This document shows, piece after piece, positions 13,619 through 27,528 of a stretch of DNA of 64,000 bases. This DNA comes from the human T2T-CHM13v2.0 reference genome, Homo sapiens: the NCBI RefSeq assembly GCF_009914755.1, contig NC_060947.1, one strand, 5' to 3'. Under the pieces are notes generated by a model. The model searched no databases. It was not told the origin of the DNA and saw only the letters and a list, made by a program, of their open reading frames with translations. The stretch's first letter is position 1. The number at the start of each line of letters is the position of its first letter. A program made the position numbers and the translations under genes.

Positions 13619-16600
13619 TTAAACGTGTCATGTCAGTATAGAGCGTGAATTAAAAATAAATTATATTTGGAGAGTTGTAAGAAATTTACCAGTCCCTTCA
13701 GACAGACACATGACCCTTTAAAACTCATTAAAACTCCTTGGCACAATGGAATAACATGCACTTTGGTCTTGGAAGAAACCATTAGGTTGCAATGTTTTTG
13801 ATTTCTCTACCACTGACTTGCTCTTTGATCTTGGAAAGTGACTGACTTGTCCTGTGATTGTTTCATAATCACCCATAATAAAACTGACTTACTGTATATA
13901 GTGAATAGTTAAGTTTAAAACTATATCTAGTTTCCGTTATAGCTCAAGTTTATGTATTATTTTATTAGCGTTTAGATGTTAACATTAAGCTTTCAAATCA
14001 GATGAAATTTAATTTGAAAAAAGTTTTCGTGTATGAATACTTTATATTCTGCAGTTCATACATGCAGTACCACCCTTAATTAAATGATATTTCCACAAAT
14101 CAGTTTGGAAGATTTTCTTCCTGCAAAATGTATGTTTAAAATACATAAAAATTGATGGGACCATGTACTTATGGCTAGTCGGAAAGTGGAAAGTTTTTTA
14201 GATTTATGCTTAGGACAGGTGATAGTACTTGAGCTTCTATTCTTAGTTTGACCTTGCCTCCCCCACCCCCTTAAAGCAAGACACTTAATCTCTTTAATGT
14301 CTCAGTTTATTCATCTTTAACACCTGTATTCTTATTTCATGAAAACGATACCTGGTTTATATTTGGTAGCATTTAAGGACTTGATATAGAAGGTGGTATG
14401 GAAGTTCAAATTATATAGAAAGTATTTGTATGCTGAATGATAATCTTGACAAATTACTGATTACTACATTTAGAAAGTTACAACTCTGGAGGGAATTGAT
14501 ATTTGATATTGTTTTCCTGTGTGTTCTAAGTTACCACCATAACAGTAGGAAAATAAACCCTATCCTGGCTGTGTTACAAAGGGATTAACTCACTTCTTCA
14601 AGTTGTTACTAAATCTCCAGCCCTTTAAACAACAGAAATAAAAAGTGTTCCTTATTTTAATTTTTCCGAAATGAAAGTCCTATAACTAACCTTGGCTTAA
14701 TTTTTTCTTTTGTTGAGGGCTTTCCAAGTTATTTTCTTTGTGAGGAATGGAGGCTAAACCATGTCAGTTGCTTGAAGCAACTAAAAATACCCCGTACAAA
14801 TATGCAGAGGAGTATGCTTTTGATTTTTAGATCAAAACGAAGAAGCAAGATTTTATGGAGCTTGCTTATTATACATTTATTATACTGAGCTACTTGTGCC
14901 TTTTCAAATAATTAAATATTAACTAAATACAAGAGGATTAAATAGCTAGACTTTAAATAAAACTAAAATAGCCATATTAGTATTTTCTAAATTCTGTATC
15001 ATTGAAAGTTTAGGCTGATATGAAAGAGAGGGAATTCCTATCATGGGGATTGCCAGTCTTTTCACAATGACCTGCCACTAGATTTTATAGTATATGATAA
15101 ATGTGTGTGTGTTTATTGTGAAAATTGTGTGAGTCATATGAAAAATTAAGTCTACTTGAAAAATCAAAAGACATTACCTACTTGGGTACAAAGCCTGATT
15201 TATATATATATTTCTTTAATGACCATATTATGTTATGTTAAAGTTTGTATAGTACTTGGACATATATTATTTAATTTCATTCCTAAAACAATTCAATAGG
15301 GAAAGCAAGACAGATATTAATATTCCCATTTCATAGATGAGGAAGAAAAAATAACTTGGCTTGTAAGCAATTCAGCAGAGTCAGAGATTGCATTTGAGAT
15401 TTTTGATTCTAAGTCTAGTGTGCTTTCCTTGGGTTACAACACAATAAAGTCAAAAACATTTACTGTTATTTTCATTAATTGAAAGCTTAAAATCAATTTA
15501 AAATTCTAACAGTATAAAATTTAACAGTATAAAAATATTGTTAATTTAATTTTATGACGTTAATTTTTAAATTGATTTTTGAATTTGCTAAAAGTGTTTT
15601 AAAATCAGTATCCTGTTTCACAATTCCTGAATTAATCTCTTCTCTGTACATTTCCTGTTCCAGTATGATAATTTATATAGGCTTTAGCATTTACTTATGG
15701 TATTAAATGAGTAGACAGTTGGAAGGGAATTAAAATTAATTAGGTCTTGCAGTTCTTATAATACTCCTGGTTTGCCACACTGAATTGCCATGACGTGGCT
15801 GGGGATCCCTGTTTTAACATCTAACAAAGATAGCTGCCAGTGTACTTAATTTTAAAACGGTCTCATCTATTAAGCTGCTTTATAAACATCAGCCCCTTTT
15901 CTGAAGTCCAAAGTTAGTTTTTTAAAATATTCACTGATAATGGAGTGGGGGTGCTGGTGACGTTTCTCTTTCTTGTTTATCTGTAAAGACAGGGAGGTGC
16001 AATCTAAGTTAGGAAATTGGTGACAAATAGTCATAGAACATGGGTCACCTGGCTTCAATTAGTTATGTGACCTTTAAGAAAACAAGTGCCCGTTTCAGAA
16101 AAGACTGACCTTTGAGGCTAGAGACATCAAGCTACTCCTCTACTTTTAGGAAAAAACAATGACAGGGTTAATTTAAAACTCTGATGCAGACAGAGTTGAA
16201 AAATCCATGACAGATTTATATAACGAACGTGGATGGTGTTTTGTTTTCCCAGAATGCAGTTTTAAGGTCAGACCTATGACTCAGAGCTGTGCACTTCCCT
16301 GGTGGTATGCATCAGTGACATGTTGCCAGTCTAATCGTCCAGAAGGGCTTGTGCCCAGCTCGGCTTGCTCCATTATAATCCCCAGCTGAGAAGCCACCTT
16401 TCATTTTTTTTAAATAGATAAGGAAGACAGCATGAACATTTGAAACTCAAATACTATATGTAGTTTATAACTTTTCAGCCTGAAGACTTGATGCACACTA
16501 AGTTGCCTCTTTAATTTTGAGAAGTATAATCTCCATTGCCACTAATCCATCATGGTGTGGCACTGCATGAGGATATGTTGTGTGCATTGTCAGTATCGGC

Positions 16601-16996
16601 GTTTTGCTGAGTTTACTGTTTTTTAGTTCATTGGCAAGGCATCGTGGGTTTTGGTGCAAAGAGCATGGATTTGGAATCAAAAGCCACTTCCTCTCTGGGT
16701 GGCTGATTAGCTGAGGGTAACCTTCACATAGCTGGCATGGGATTTCCAGATGGCATCCTCTCTGCATGAACAAAAACAATGTGCCATTTCAGTAAACTTT
16801 GGTGGGTGCTCCCTCATCCACTCCAGATCTTTTCATCTCTTTCCTTTTATTCCCTCCCTTTCCTTGTAAATCAAAACTCCCATTCCTTTAGTGCTGCTGA
16901 TCTCTTTTGGGGGTTAGAAGAAAGCAGTCTGATTAAACTAACTTACTACTGTTTTTAGTTGGTTCATCCTATCTTTAAAAAATGTATATATTTCAA

Positions 16997-18390
<1,394 letters not shown>

Positions 18391-19974
18391 CATAGCAAAA
18401 CAACTTGAAGTCATGAACATGGAAACTTAAAGAATCACTGTGAACATATAAAACAAAAGTTTTCACCTAAGAAATGTTTTTATTCTAAAATATTTTACAT
18501 ATTATCTCTATAATGACAAAGGACTTCATGTTCTTTAGCTACCTTCACTCACACTCACCTGGAATTATTTCATTTTATAAGTGAAGATTGTTAACCCAAA
18601 TGAAGCCCTGATTGATAAAATTTTGGGTAAAATAACTAAAGAAAGAATGTGTGATTATCTGGAATTGAGATGTTGTAGCTGCAGGCCTTGCCCAGGCTGT
18701 GCCAGTAGGAGAGGAGGTACGGAGCCTCAGAGAATCTTTTGGACCAGTGTGCCCTTTCTCTCCTCACAGCTCATCCCAGAGCTGTCCCTGCCTCCTTAGG
18801 CTGATATGCCCCTGTTCCCTTCCTTGTGTTCTCCTGCAGTGAGCTGAGGCACAGGGTTTAGGGAGCCTATTATGATAGGAGGAGATTAACTTTGGGGTTC
18901 TGGGATGAGATCTGTGGACCTGAAAATATAGCCTCTCTGATCCTAGTCACTAACTGCTCATGCATGGAGAGTGACAGCTAAGAGGTCCGGGGTTTCTTTT
19001 GGGTGGGGATGTGAGGTGCTGGGTCATTATGGACATACGGCAATGGTCTGTCTACACAATGGTCAGATAATAGTCTTCTTACAGTCATCCCAACTCTAGA
19101 TGCTTTAGCCGGAGTTCATCTTGGGGTGGGTATGGGGGATTGACCACAACGTGTTTTTGGTCAAGAGTCGGGTAGATGGTGCATATTTTGGTTCTGCCAC
19201 CCCTGGGACCTTGGGCATTGCTGTACTCACCCAAGCTATGTCTCGGCACAAACAGCCTCATCTCCTGAGCTGTAGAGTCATTTCTGTAAGTGGCTTGATG
19301 AGATAGGGTCTTTTAGATCCATGTCCTTGGCATTTATTCAGAATTAACTCACATAATATGATGCTAATCTGCATTCTGGCTGGAGCTGCATATAGGTAGC
19401 CTCTTTTCATTGTTGGCCTTTATAGCCAACTTAAGCTCAGAGATGTGAATCAAGGGTGGCCTGCCTGATGAATTAGTGCTCATAAGGTAAACCCTTATTT
19501 GTTGTGTTGGAAAGTTTATTGACTCTAGCCAGAAAAGGTCTAATTATCCACTGGGCCCTTTCCTGGCAGGGAGGATGTAGGGAAGACCCTCTGCAGCTCA
19601 AGACTGGACAGGTGACCTAGACCTATTGGGTATTTATTTCATTAGAGGATCAATAGAGCAGAGATTTGTTCTCCCCAGGTCTCCATCATCTGTTCATAAA
19701 CCCTCCTGACCCATGTTGAGTCCACAGCTGTCTCCACTGGGCTGTCAAGCTGCTGAGGCCAATTCCTCTGAGTCCCTAGGACTTTGAGTTTTGCTCTCTG
19801 CTGCCCCAGTCATTCTCAGGCCCATGGTCCTTGCAGCTGGGCTCTTGGCCAACATCCTGAGCCCTTATCTCTTTTCCACATATTCCCTGTGAATTAGTAA
19901 ACTTGATAAATTCTATTTGTAGGAATCTGCTGCTTGGGTCGGCCACATTTTTAGCGTGTAGTTGAATTAATAAT

Positions 19975-20212
19975 ATATAGTGCTTACTGTGTGCCAGCCA
20001 CTGCTCTAAATGTTGCAAATATTTACTGCTGTATTTCTCACAATGACCCTTTTACATAGGTACTATTATCATCCCCATTTTACAGATGGGCAAATTTAGT
20101 CACAGAGAAGTTAAGTGAAACTTGCCAATGTCATACAACCAGTAAGTGATAGAGGCAGGATTCGAATTTAGATATTCTGGCTTCAGTCTGTGCTCTTAGC
20201 CACTGCACTATA
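19975..20212 (-). mobile_element. MIR
   Basis: Core attatcatccccattttacagatg..cacagagaagttaagtg. Confidence 0.8.
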
Positions 20213-21169
20213 TTCTCTTGAATCATTATAAAATAGATATACTAATCTCAGGGCAAATTTCCTACTATTTGTCTTGGAACTAACCATGTTAATTGTTCAA
20301 CCAATCTCATATAAAGTTAAGCCTTAAATTTCTTTCATGGAAGCCTTCAAAAATAGTTATGGTCCAGTCTAAACCGTTTTACCTGAATTTCATTGAATGC
20401 AATAGGACAATCACTCCTTGTTTCACTCTCTGTACCTTAGATAATCTGGTCTTATTTATACCAGTTAGGTACCTACTTCCCATGTTTGTTCTTGTTGATT
20501 ATCATTGGAAATGAGCAAGAAGGGTGGGGATGTGAGGTGAATGGGGTGTGATCTTTCCACGTACATGTCCTTTGATGGCTTCTGCTCCTCTAGCTGCAGA
20601 CTCTCCTTGCGTTCTCCTTTCTGGACTTCGTGTTCCTGTCATTCTGTTTCATGTACTTGCTGCCTGGCATGGTGAACTTGTTGTTTGACTTCAAGGGCTT
20701 TGAAATCACTCACTCTTGTTCCTTAAGTGTCAGCTGTTTAGGTAGAGCCTCTGCTTCCGCATCCAACCTAGTCCATATCTCTCTCAGCTCTGCGTCAACT
20801 ACTGCTTCCAAGTTAGCCAAAGTTTATCCATAAACTTTGTTTTTCTTTTTAAGTTTAATAGGGTTTAATTGAGCAAAGAACGATTCGCGAATCAGGCGGC
20901 CTCTCGAACCAGAGTAGGCTAAGAGACTCCAGCATTAACCATTAACTGTGGCTGAGATAACTTGACTGGACTCTTGCTGCTGCATGAGAGAATCTGCAAA
21001 ATGTGTCATCTACACACACAACTGTCCCTTAGTCTCAGGGTCTGTGACCCAGCTTAACCTCTGTTGATGAATATAAAGTCAAGGGATAACAAACCCCCTT
21101 TACCATACATAGCATTCCTAAGGTTTACATTGTCATGAGTAAAGATCCCTTGCTAATACGGTACAAGGA

Positions 21170-21335
21170 ATAGTGCCTTCGGAGTCCAGACACTCAGCTT
21201 CTAGACCTGGAGCAGCTGTTAACTCAGGGAAGCAGGTGATCTCTCCATCTCTGGGCCTCAGCTTTTCCATCTATAAAATGAGGTGATTGGATTAGGTGGT
21301 ATCTAAGACCATTTCCAACTCTATCATGCCATTTT
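21170..21335 (+). mobile_element. MIR (MIR3-like)
   Basis: ctctgggcctcag..catctataaaatgagg..ttggattag. Confidence 0.65.
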
Positions 21336-23899
21336 TATGAAGCTGGAGACACCCTCAGACCTGGCCCACTTTATCTTCAGGTCCGCCAATCCTCTCCAAC
21401 TTGTGGAGGAGCCTATACTCTGTCCTTACCATGCACAGGTTGACGAACAGGGAAGACAAGCTGCCATTGAGGGTGGTAATCTAATGGCAGACCACACACC
21501 AACAGGATCACTCTGGTTCTGCAGCTGAGTTTTCACAAAACAGTGCCTGTCCTGGCACAACAGAAGAGCTCCTTCCACAGAAAGTTATTCCTATTTGCTC
21601 TCTCAGATACGAATCACTGTGGGCCACCGCTCTCCTCTGTCCACCTGTGGTTACTCCTGCATTGAATCTGAATCAAGACACTGCTCAGGCAGTCAAATGT
21701 TGGCCTTCGGGGAAACTTGGCAGATGGGAGCCAAGTGAGCTTTCACTTTATGTACTTTCAGTCCTCTGGAAATCTGGATTTCCCCTGCTATCAAAATAGA
21801 CAATGCTATTGCCTAACAAAATATAGACTTCCTGAGTGACATCCAGGTCACGGCTTGATCTCTTTCCTCCTGCTGTGTTCATGCTTCCACTTCCGTGCAC
21901 CATGTTAGGTTCAGATGATCTACTGACCAAACCCCAGAGAACCACTCATGAGTCTTTTCAACCTTTACCTTGAATTCTAGGGCTATCTTCTATTTGGGGT
22001 TTGAAAACACCAGTGCATAATAAAGTAATGTATTAATTATAGTTTTTTGGTAAATAAAGATAGATCGTATGTTACTAGCCTTGATGTTTCACACAATGAA
22101 GCAGAGCTCATGAATTATTATAACATCCCTGATCAAGGCAGTTGATCTCAGTTATCAGCATTAAGAATAAAGGTATGGATGGAAGCTTATTTGATTTGTT
22201 CTTCTTTCCTATTATGGATATTAACCAGCTGGGTAAATTATAGAATAGGGTCATGGAATGTTTAGCCCTCAAGCATTTATCAGAGGCTTAAAATGTTCAT
22301 AAAAGGTGGGCTTGGTGAATGCCAGGACTTAGCATGGTTGAAAGGGTGTTTTGAGTCATGGTACATGGCAATATGGAAATAAAACAGATATGTCACAAGT
22401 AGGTGGTAGAAATAAACTGGAAGAGAATTTTAACATCTAAAATGTGACAAAGATTTATCCTTACCAGCTTCTCAGTTTCCTGAAACATTTATTTTCCTTT
22501 GATTTTAGATTCTGTATTTATGTTATATATCTCTTTCTAAAACATTTTCTTGTTTCTGTTTTCTTTACTTCTTTTACTTTTTTGCCACTTCTGTTTTTTG
22601 AAAAATATCATCCTAGGCATGCTCTGAAAGTCATTTGTTCGGTGTTTTCCTGATAGTGATTTCTGGTTATAGGCCCATAAAGTATCTGTAGGATGTGGTT
22701 AGGATAGTTCCTACCTCTTGGTAAAAGTCTAGTAGTAACACAGGAAGGGCACAGACTTTGGGGACAAGAGACATTTAAAACTGTTACTGATCATGACATT
22801 ACCAAAAATCAAAAGACAGGGGCCATGGCTCATGCTTCGTAATCTCTCTGTGAATATTATAAGGAAAATTCTAAGCCCTGGTCAACTGTGAAATGAACAG
22901 GTCTTCAGTGGAGTTAATTAGCATTTTCCAGGTGCTTTGCTGTTTACAGTGTCCTTTATTTCATGTATCTTCTCATTTGTTACAGGTCTTCTTTCATACC
23001 TTTTCCTTTTCTCTGAGATTCAGAGACCCTTTGGGGAGGCTGAATTTCAGGTTTGTTTTCATTAGGACCTTACATGACCAAATCCCCCCTCTTGGGGTTC
23101 CAGGGGTGCTCCTTCATTTTACTCTCTGATGGGTATGCCATGAATTGTGACATTTAAGCAGTGACTTTGCAAAATTGGACGTGTCAGTAGGAAAAAGTAC
23201 TCTTCCCACCTTAAAGATTGACAGGAACATGAGATGGCTGAAGCTGTTCTGAGCTTTTTTCTGGCAAGAGTACATAGGACAAGAAATACTCCGGAGAGCT
23301 CAACATTGAATCACATCATATCATAGTGCATGACTAGTTGCCTTAATCTTGCAGTTGGACTCACTCAGGAGAAATTGTTGGCAGAGGGATTAAGTAGCCT
23401 GACAAAATTATATTGAGAAAAAAACTTGCAGTCTATTAATTTATTAGTAGTAGATATGAGGGAAAGAAGAGTCATGTAAAAAAAAAAAAAACAACTGGAC
23501 ATGAAACCACGGATAAATCCACAAAGACTCCATTACAGTTTGTTATCAGCCTCTTGCCCCTGGCCATGACTAATGGCCAGTAATTGTCTGAATAAGTTTT
23601 TAACCATTTGGAAATTTCTTCAGGAAAAGAAAAATCTAGTAAAGGGAGAAGGGTGACCACAAGTCAAGCTGTGAATGAGGAAGTCCTGAAATGTGGGCTA
23701 AGTGGGTCACTGAATTTGCCGTGTTTGATTCTTCGGTTGCACCACTTTGAACTTTTGAAGTTTGATCCTCCCAGTGGTGTTTCTGAGGTAGAGAGGCTAG
23801 GATTAGATTGCAGTGTGAGAAATCCCACAAACGTGATTCTACTGTAATCTTACTGTTCTCTCTCGCTCCTTGATAACTGGGATCCCATTAAAGGGGGTT

Positions 23900-24727
23900 C
23901 ATTATTGACATCTCAGAAGAAACTCATTGTGAAGTCTAAAATAAAGTGCCATTCTTCCCTACACCAGCTCTGCCTCCCATATTCCCCATTATTTTCCCAG
24001 TCACCCAGAGTCACAACCTCAGAGAGATCCTTGGCTCCTTCCTCTTCTTTCAGTTCTTGTAGCCCTGTCACAGTGTCCCTTATATCTAGTTTTTCCTTTC
24101 CATGCCCATTGCCCCTGCCTCTCATTCTTTCAGTCTTTCCTTGCATCTCAGTGGACAGTTGCATTACCCTGTGCTGTCTTCCCTGCCTCCTCTCTTCTCT
24201 GAGATCTGCTCTTCTTATCACTGCTTGCATGACTCCATCTCATTCTCCCCTTGCACCAGTTGCAGAAAGATCCTCCGTGTGTGGCTTTCCCTCCTCTCTA
24301 GCTTTCGGTCCTACTACTTCCTTATCTTGTGCTTCTGTCACACCCCAACCCCCCCCAGCTGCATCCTGCTTCTTGAACACGTCCTGTGTTTTTCTCATAC
24401 CTTAGGTGACATGGTACCATTTTCTTGGAACACTCCCTCCCCCTTGTCTGCATGCCAAAGTCTTAATCATTCTTCAGGGACCAGGTCAAATGCCGTGACA
24501 TCCATCAAGTCTTTTCTGATCTCCAAACCAGATGTGATCTCTCCCTGTGATAAATGTCAGTAACACTTTATACCTTTCTTGTAATACTTGTAAGGCTCTG
24601 CCTTGCATAGTAGTCATTTGCATATTTATCTTGTTACACTTGAAAGTAAGGACTGTATTTTATTCTTTGTGACCAGTAAAATACCTTGCACCACATAGTA
24701 GGGCATCTGTCCAATAAATGCTTGTCA
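23900..24727 (+). mobile_element. L2-like fragment
   Basis: Pyrimidine-rich body ending in catagtagg..caataaatgcttg, typical of L2 3' ends. Confidence 0.55.
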
Positions 24728-27120
24728 TATACAATAAAGCAATGGCTGGGGCGGCATTATCTACAGGTTAACCCAATAATAGGTCATAATGTATCTGCAG
24801 ATAGTAGGACCATAAGGATGTGTAGATAAACCCTGAAGTAAATGATTCGCAGAGGGTCACATGGAAGGGAAACAGGGAGTTTGATACCTAGCACTCACTG
24901 AAAAAAGCGTCCGGATACTGCTAGAGTGTGAGACTAGAAGGCCTGAAATGTAACCATCATACACCAAAGAGAGTTGCTCCCAAACACCAGCCAACTCCAC
25001 CAATAGTATATAAAGGTGCGTTGTAAACAGTACAGTGATTCTTAAAGATATTATTAAACATCATACTGTTAATATATAACAAGATTGACTAATATGCCAA
25101 TGAAACCCGTGACTCCAGGTACCTGTGAAATAGCCAGCAAGGGTTCTGAGCCACTGATCCAAGACAGGACAAAGTTACCAACTATTCTTCCTAAGAAATT
25201 GTTTCTCATCATGCAAGGGGCTGTTTCTGTCTTGGTTTTGTGGAAGGTCTAATTCTGTGGCTTGAGGACATCTGCAGTAGGGCCAGATGTCAGAGCAGGT
25301 AGTGGTCATGCTTCATGAAGTTTTTAGGAGGGCAGAGTTACCTGGTTGATGCAAATGGAAGTAACTGGAATAAATGCTATTGTTGCAGGCCCAAGCTCCC
25401 AGTCCATCCTGGCTGGTCATAGTTGACTAATTCATGGTGGTCAAAAAGTGATTCTCTTGTCTTTGAATTTTCTCTTGTATTTTAGGCAAAACAGATTTGT
25501 TTTTTGATACTTTCATAAAGCTGTCTATCCATATTCTGTTGTCACTTTTCAAAATGATCAGAAACCTAAAGAACTACCATACTTGCCTAAAAGAAGACAC
25601 TTCCTGATGCATAGCTTGAAACAGGAATTGACTTCCTAAAGGAAAGTATTTGGCACACCAAGCCTATTGTTCACAGCGCTGCAAGAGAGGCATTTCAACA
25701 TACATGGGCTCTTCCTAAAAATATAACTTGCTAAAATAAAAAATTCAGGGTTCATTAAGGTTAATCATCTAATAAAGTAAGAGAATTTCCTCTAGGTGAA
25801 AAGTTTCAGTTTATTTTAGGGGTGTGGTGTTGTTACAACTGGCTAATCTCCGCACCATAATTTAATCAGGCTGGATGAGAAAGAGACTAGAAAGGCGTGG
25901 AGCCAGAGCACAGTGTAGCTTCTCTTCTTTTCCCAGGCTTATTTTTTTCCTCTAACATGTAATAAATTTACTCGTAACAACCTGGCTTTTATTGTGTCAT
26001 TTTCTAGCTAACTGGGAGTTACTGATGTCAGTTGTCTTTTAGAATAACTTTTCCTTAAACATTTGAAGATCGTAAGAATTGGGGAACTCATTCATTCATT
26101 TATTCATGGAGCATTTACTGCTCACCTACTGTGTGCTATAGGAACATGAAGACAAGCAAAGCACTGCCCTGGCCCTCAACCTGGTAGGGGAGATGTGTGA
26201 ATAGGGCCAAAACCACTTAAACAAGACAGTGGCTATAAAGGTGTCTGTACCAGCGAGAAGGTCAGCTGCCTTCCTTGAAGTTGAGTGGCCAAAACCACTT
26301 TCAGGATTGCAGGTGGGACTATGTTTTGGAGGCTTGATGGATTTTTCAGTTATTTAGTTCATTCTTTCAAGGAATAGTTATTGAGAGCCTCCTGGGAGCT
26401 GGGCAGTGTTCTAGGCTCTGGGGCCACTGCAGTGAGCTCCAGTACTAAATCCCTGCCTTCATGGAGCAAAGCAGGAGATCAGACAGCAAGGAGAGAAATC
26501 AGTGCAATACCAGCAGACTTGAAGTAGGGAAAGGAACAACCATGACTCTGGGCACAGGGGACAGTGAGGAGGCCAGTGAGGTGGGAGTGAGGGAAAGGGG
26601 GCTAAGGGTAAGGCCAGAGAAGGAATGTGGAAGAAGGTCCTGGAGGGACTTGGGGGCTTTCTTTTCCTAGAACATGCTCCTAATAGCCAGCCCCCAGACA
26701 TCTGATGGCCTGTTGAGCTATTACAACATTTTAGGTTGATGTCTTCATTTTCATTCATGTTTTTCCTTTTATTGTCCCTGATGCTGAAAAACAAGAGGTT
26801 GAGTTTGTGAGACAAAATGTCTTCATTGTGTGTGTGATGGGGATAGGCATAGTCTCCCCATCTTGTTCTGTGCTGTCTGCCGTTAAGGAGGTGGGGAGAT
26901 TACGATCACTCTCCTTTCCTGTACAGTAATCTGCTGATCTCTGGAACATACTAAGGAGGACATAGAGTGACAACATCTATAATCCCCTTAATCTCTATAT
27001 TCATACTGTCTAATCTCCTTGAGTTACACTGGTAACATAAGTCTATCTCTTAGAGTTACTTTTATCATTAACAGCACAAAAATGTATTATTTACAGGGCC
27101 AAATGCAAGCTCTTGAGGCA

Positions 27121-27454
27121 TATAAAGTGGATTAATAAGGTTGGCTCAGCGTTAAGCTATGCCAGAGCCGAGTCCAAATTTTATTCCGGTACAGGGATGA
27201 CTTTCTATGTGGCCTCTCTGGCTCTGGAGCTAATTTGGATGCTGAGTAGCCCCGCAGGTATTTATATGTAGCGTTTGGTATTTTTACTGGGTCCTATTCT
27301 TCTCCCTTGGATCACCTAAAATGGTTAAGAATTTTCTAGTGGGATTAAGGTTGTGATCTCTGGGGAGGGGTGGGACATCTGCTCTCGGTTATTTTTGTGT
27401 TAGCCGCTTCCCCTTAAATGTATGTTCACAAATGAGCCACAGCCTTATCAGCTG
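27121..27454 (+). promoter_or_regulatory. FHL1: Internal muscle-type FHL1 promoter region
   Basis: TATAAA 27121, perfect CArG box CCTAAAATGG 27315-27324, G-rich box near 27362, E-boxes CATCTG 27376 and CAGCTG 27449, GATA site (CTTATC) 27444. All lie around the two alternative first exons. Confidence 0.6.
27197..27257 (+). CDS. FHL1: FHL1 alternative first coding exon, MTFYVASLALELIWMLSSPA(G)
   Basis: ATG at 27197, 61 nt (phase 1), donor CAG|GTATTT. Joins in frame to 36798 giving ...[18 protein letters not shown] (309 aa with the FHL1A body). TATAAA at 27121-27126. Confidence 0.8.
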
Positions 27455-27506
27455 GGGTTGAGGGAAGACTGGTCTAGGTGCTGCTCCTGAACTTGGTCTC
27501 TGAGCC

Positions 27507-27528
27507 ATGGCTTCCCATAGACACTCAG
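27507..27528 (+). CDS. FHL1: FHL1 alternative first coding exon, MASHRHS(G)
   Basis: Strong Kozak GCCATGG, 22 nt (phase 1), donor CAG|GTAAAA. In frame with 36798: [21 protein letters not shown] (296 aa with the FHL1A body). Confidence 0.88.

Noticed and set aside
20819-20838. 9-bp perfect inverted repeat aaagtttat-cc-ataaacttt
   Set aside because: AT-rich with a 2-nt loop; plausible by chance in 64 kb.
23905-24563. Overlapping 105-166 aa ORFs
   Set aside because: Low-complexity pyrimidine-rich L2-like sequence, with no splice or homology support.
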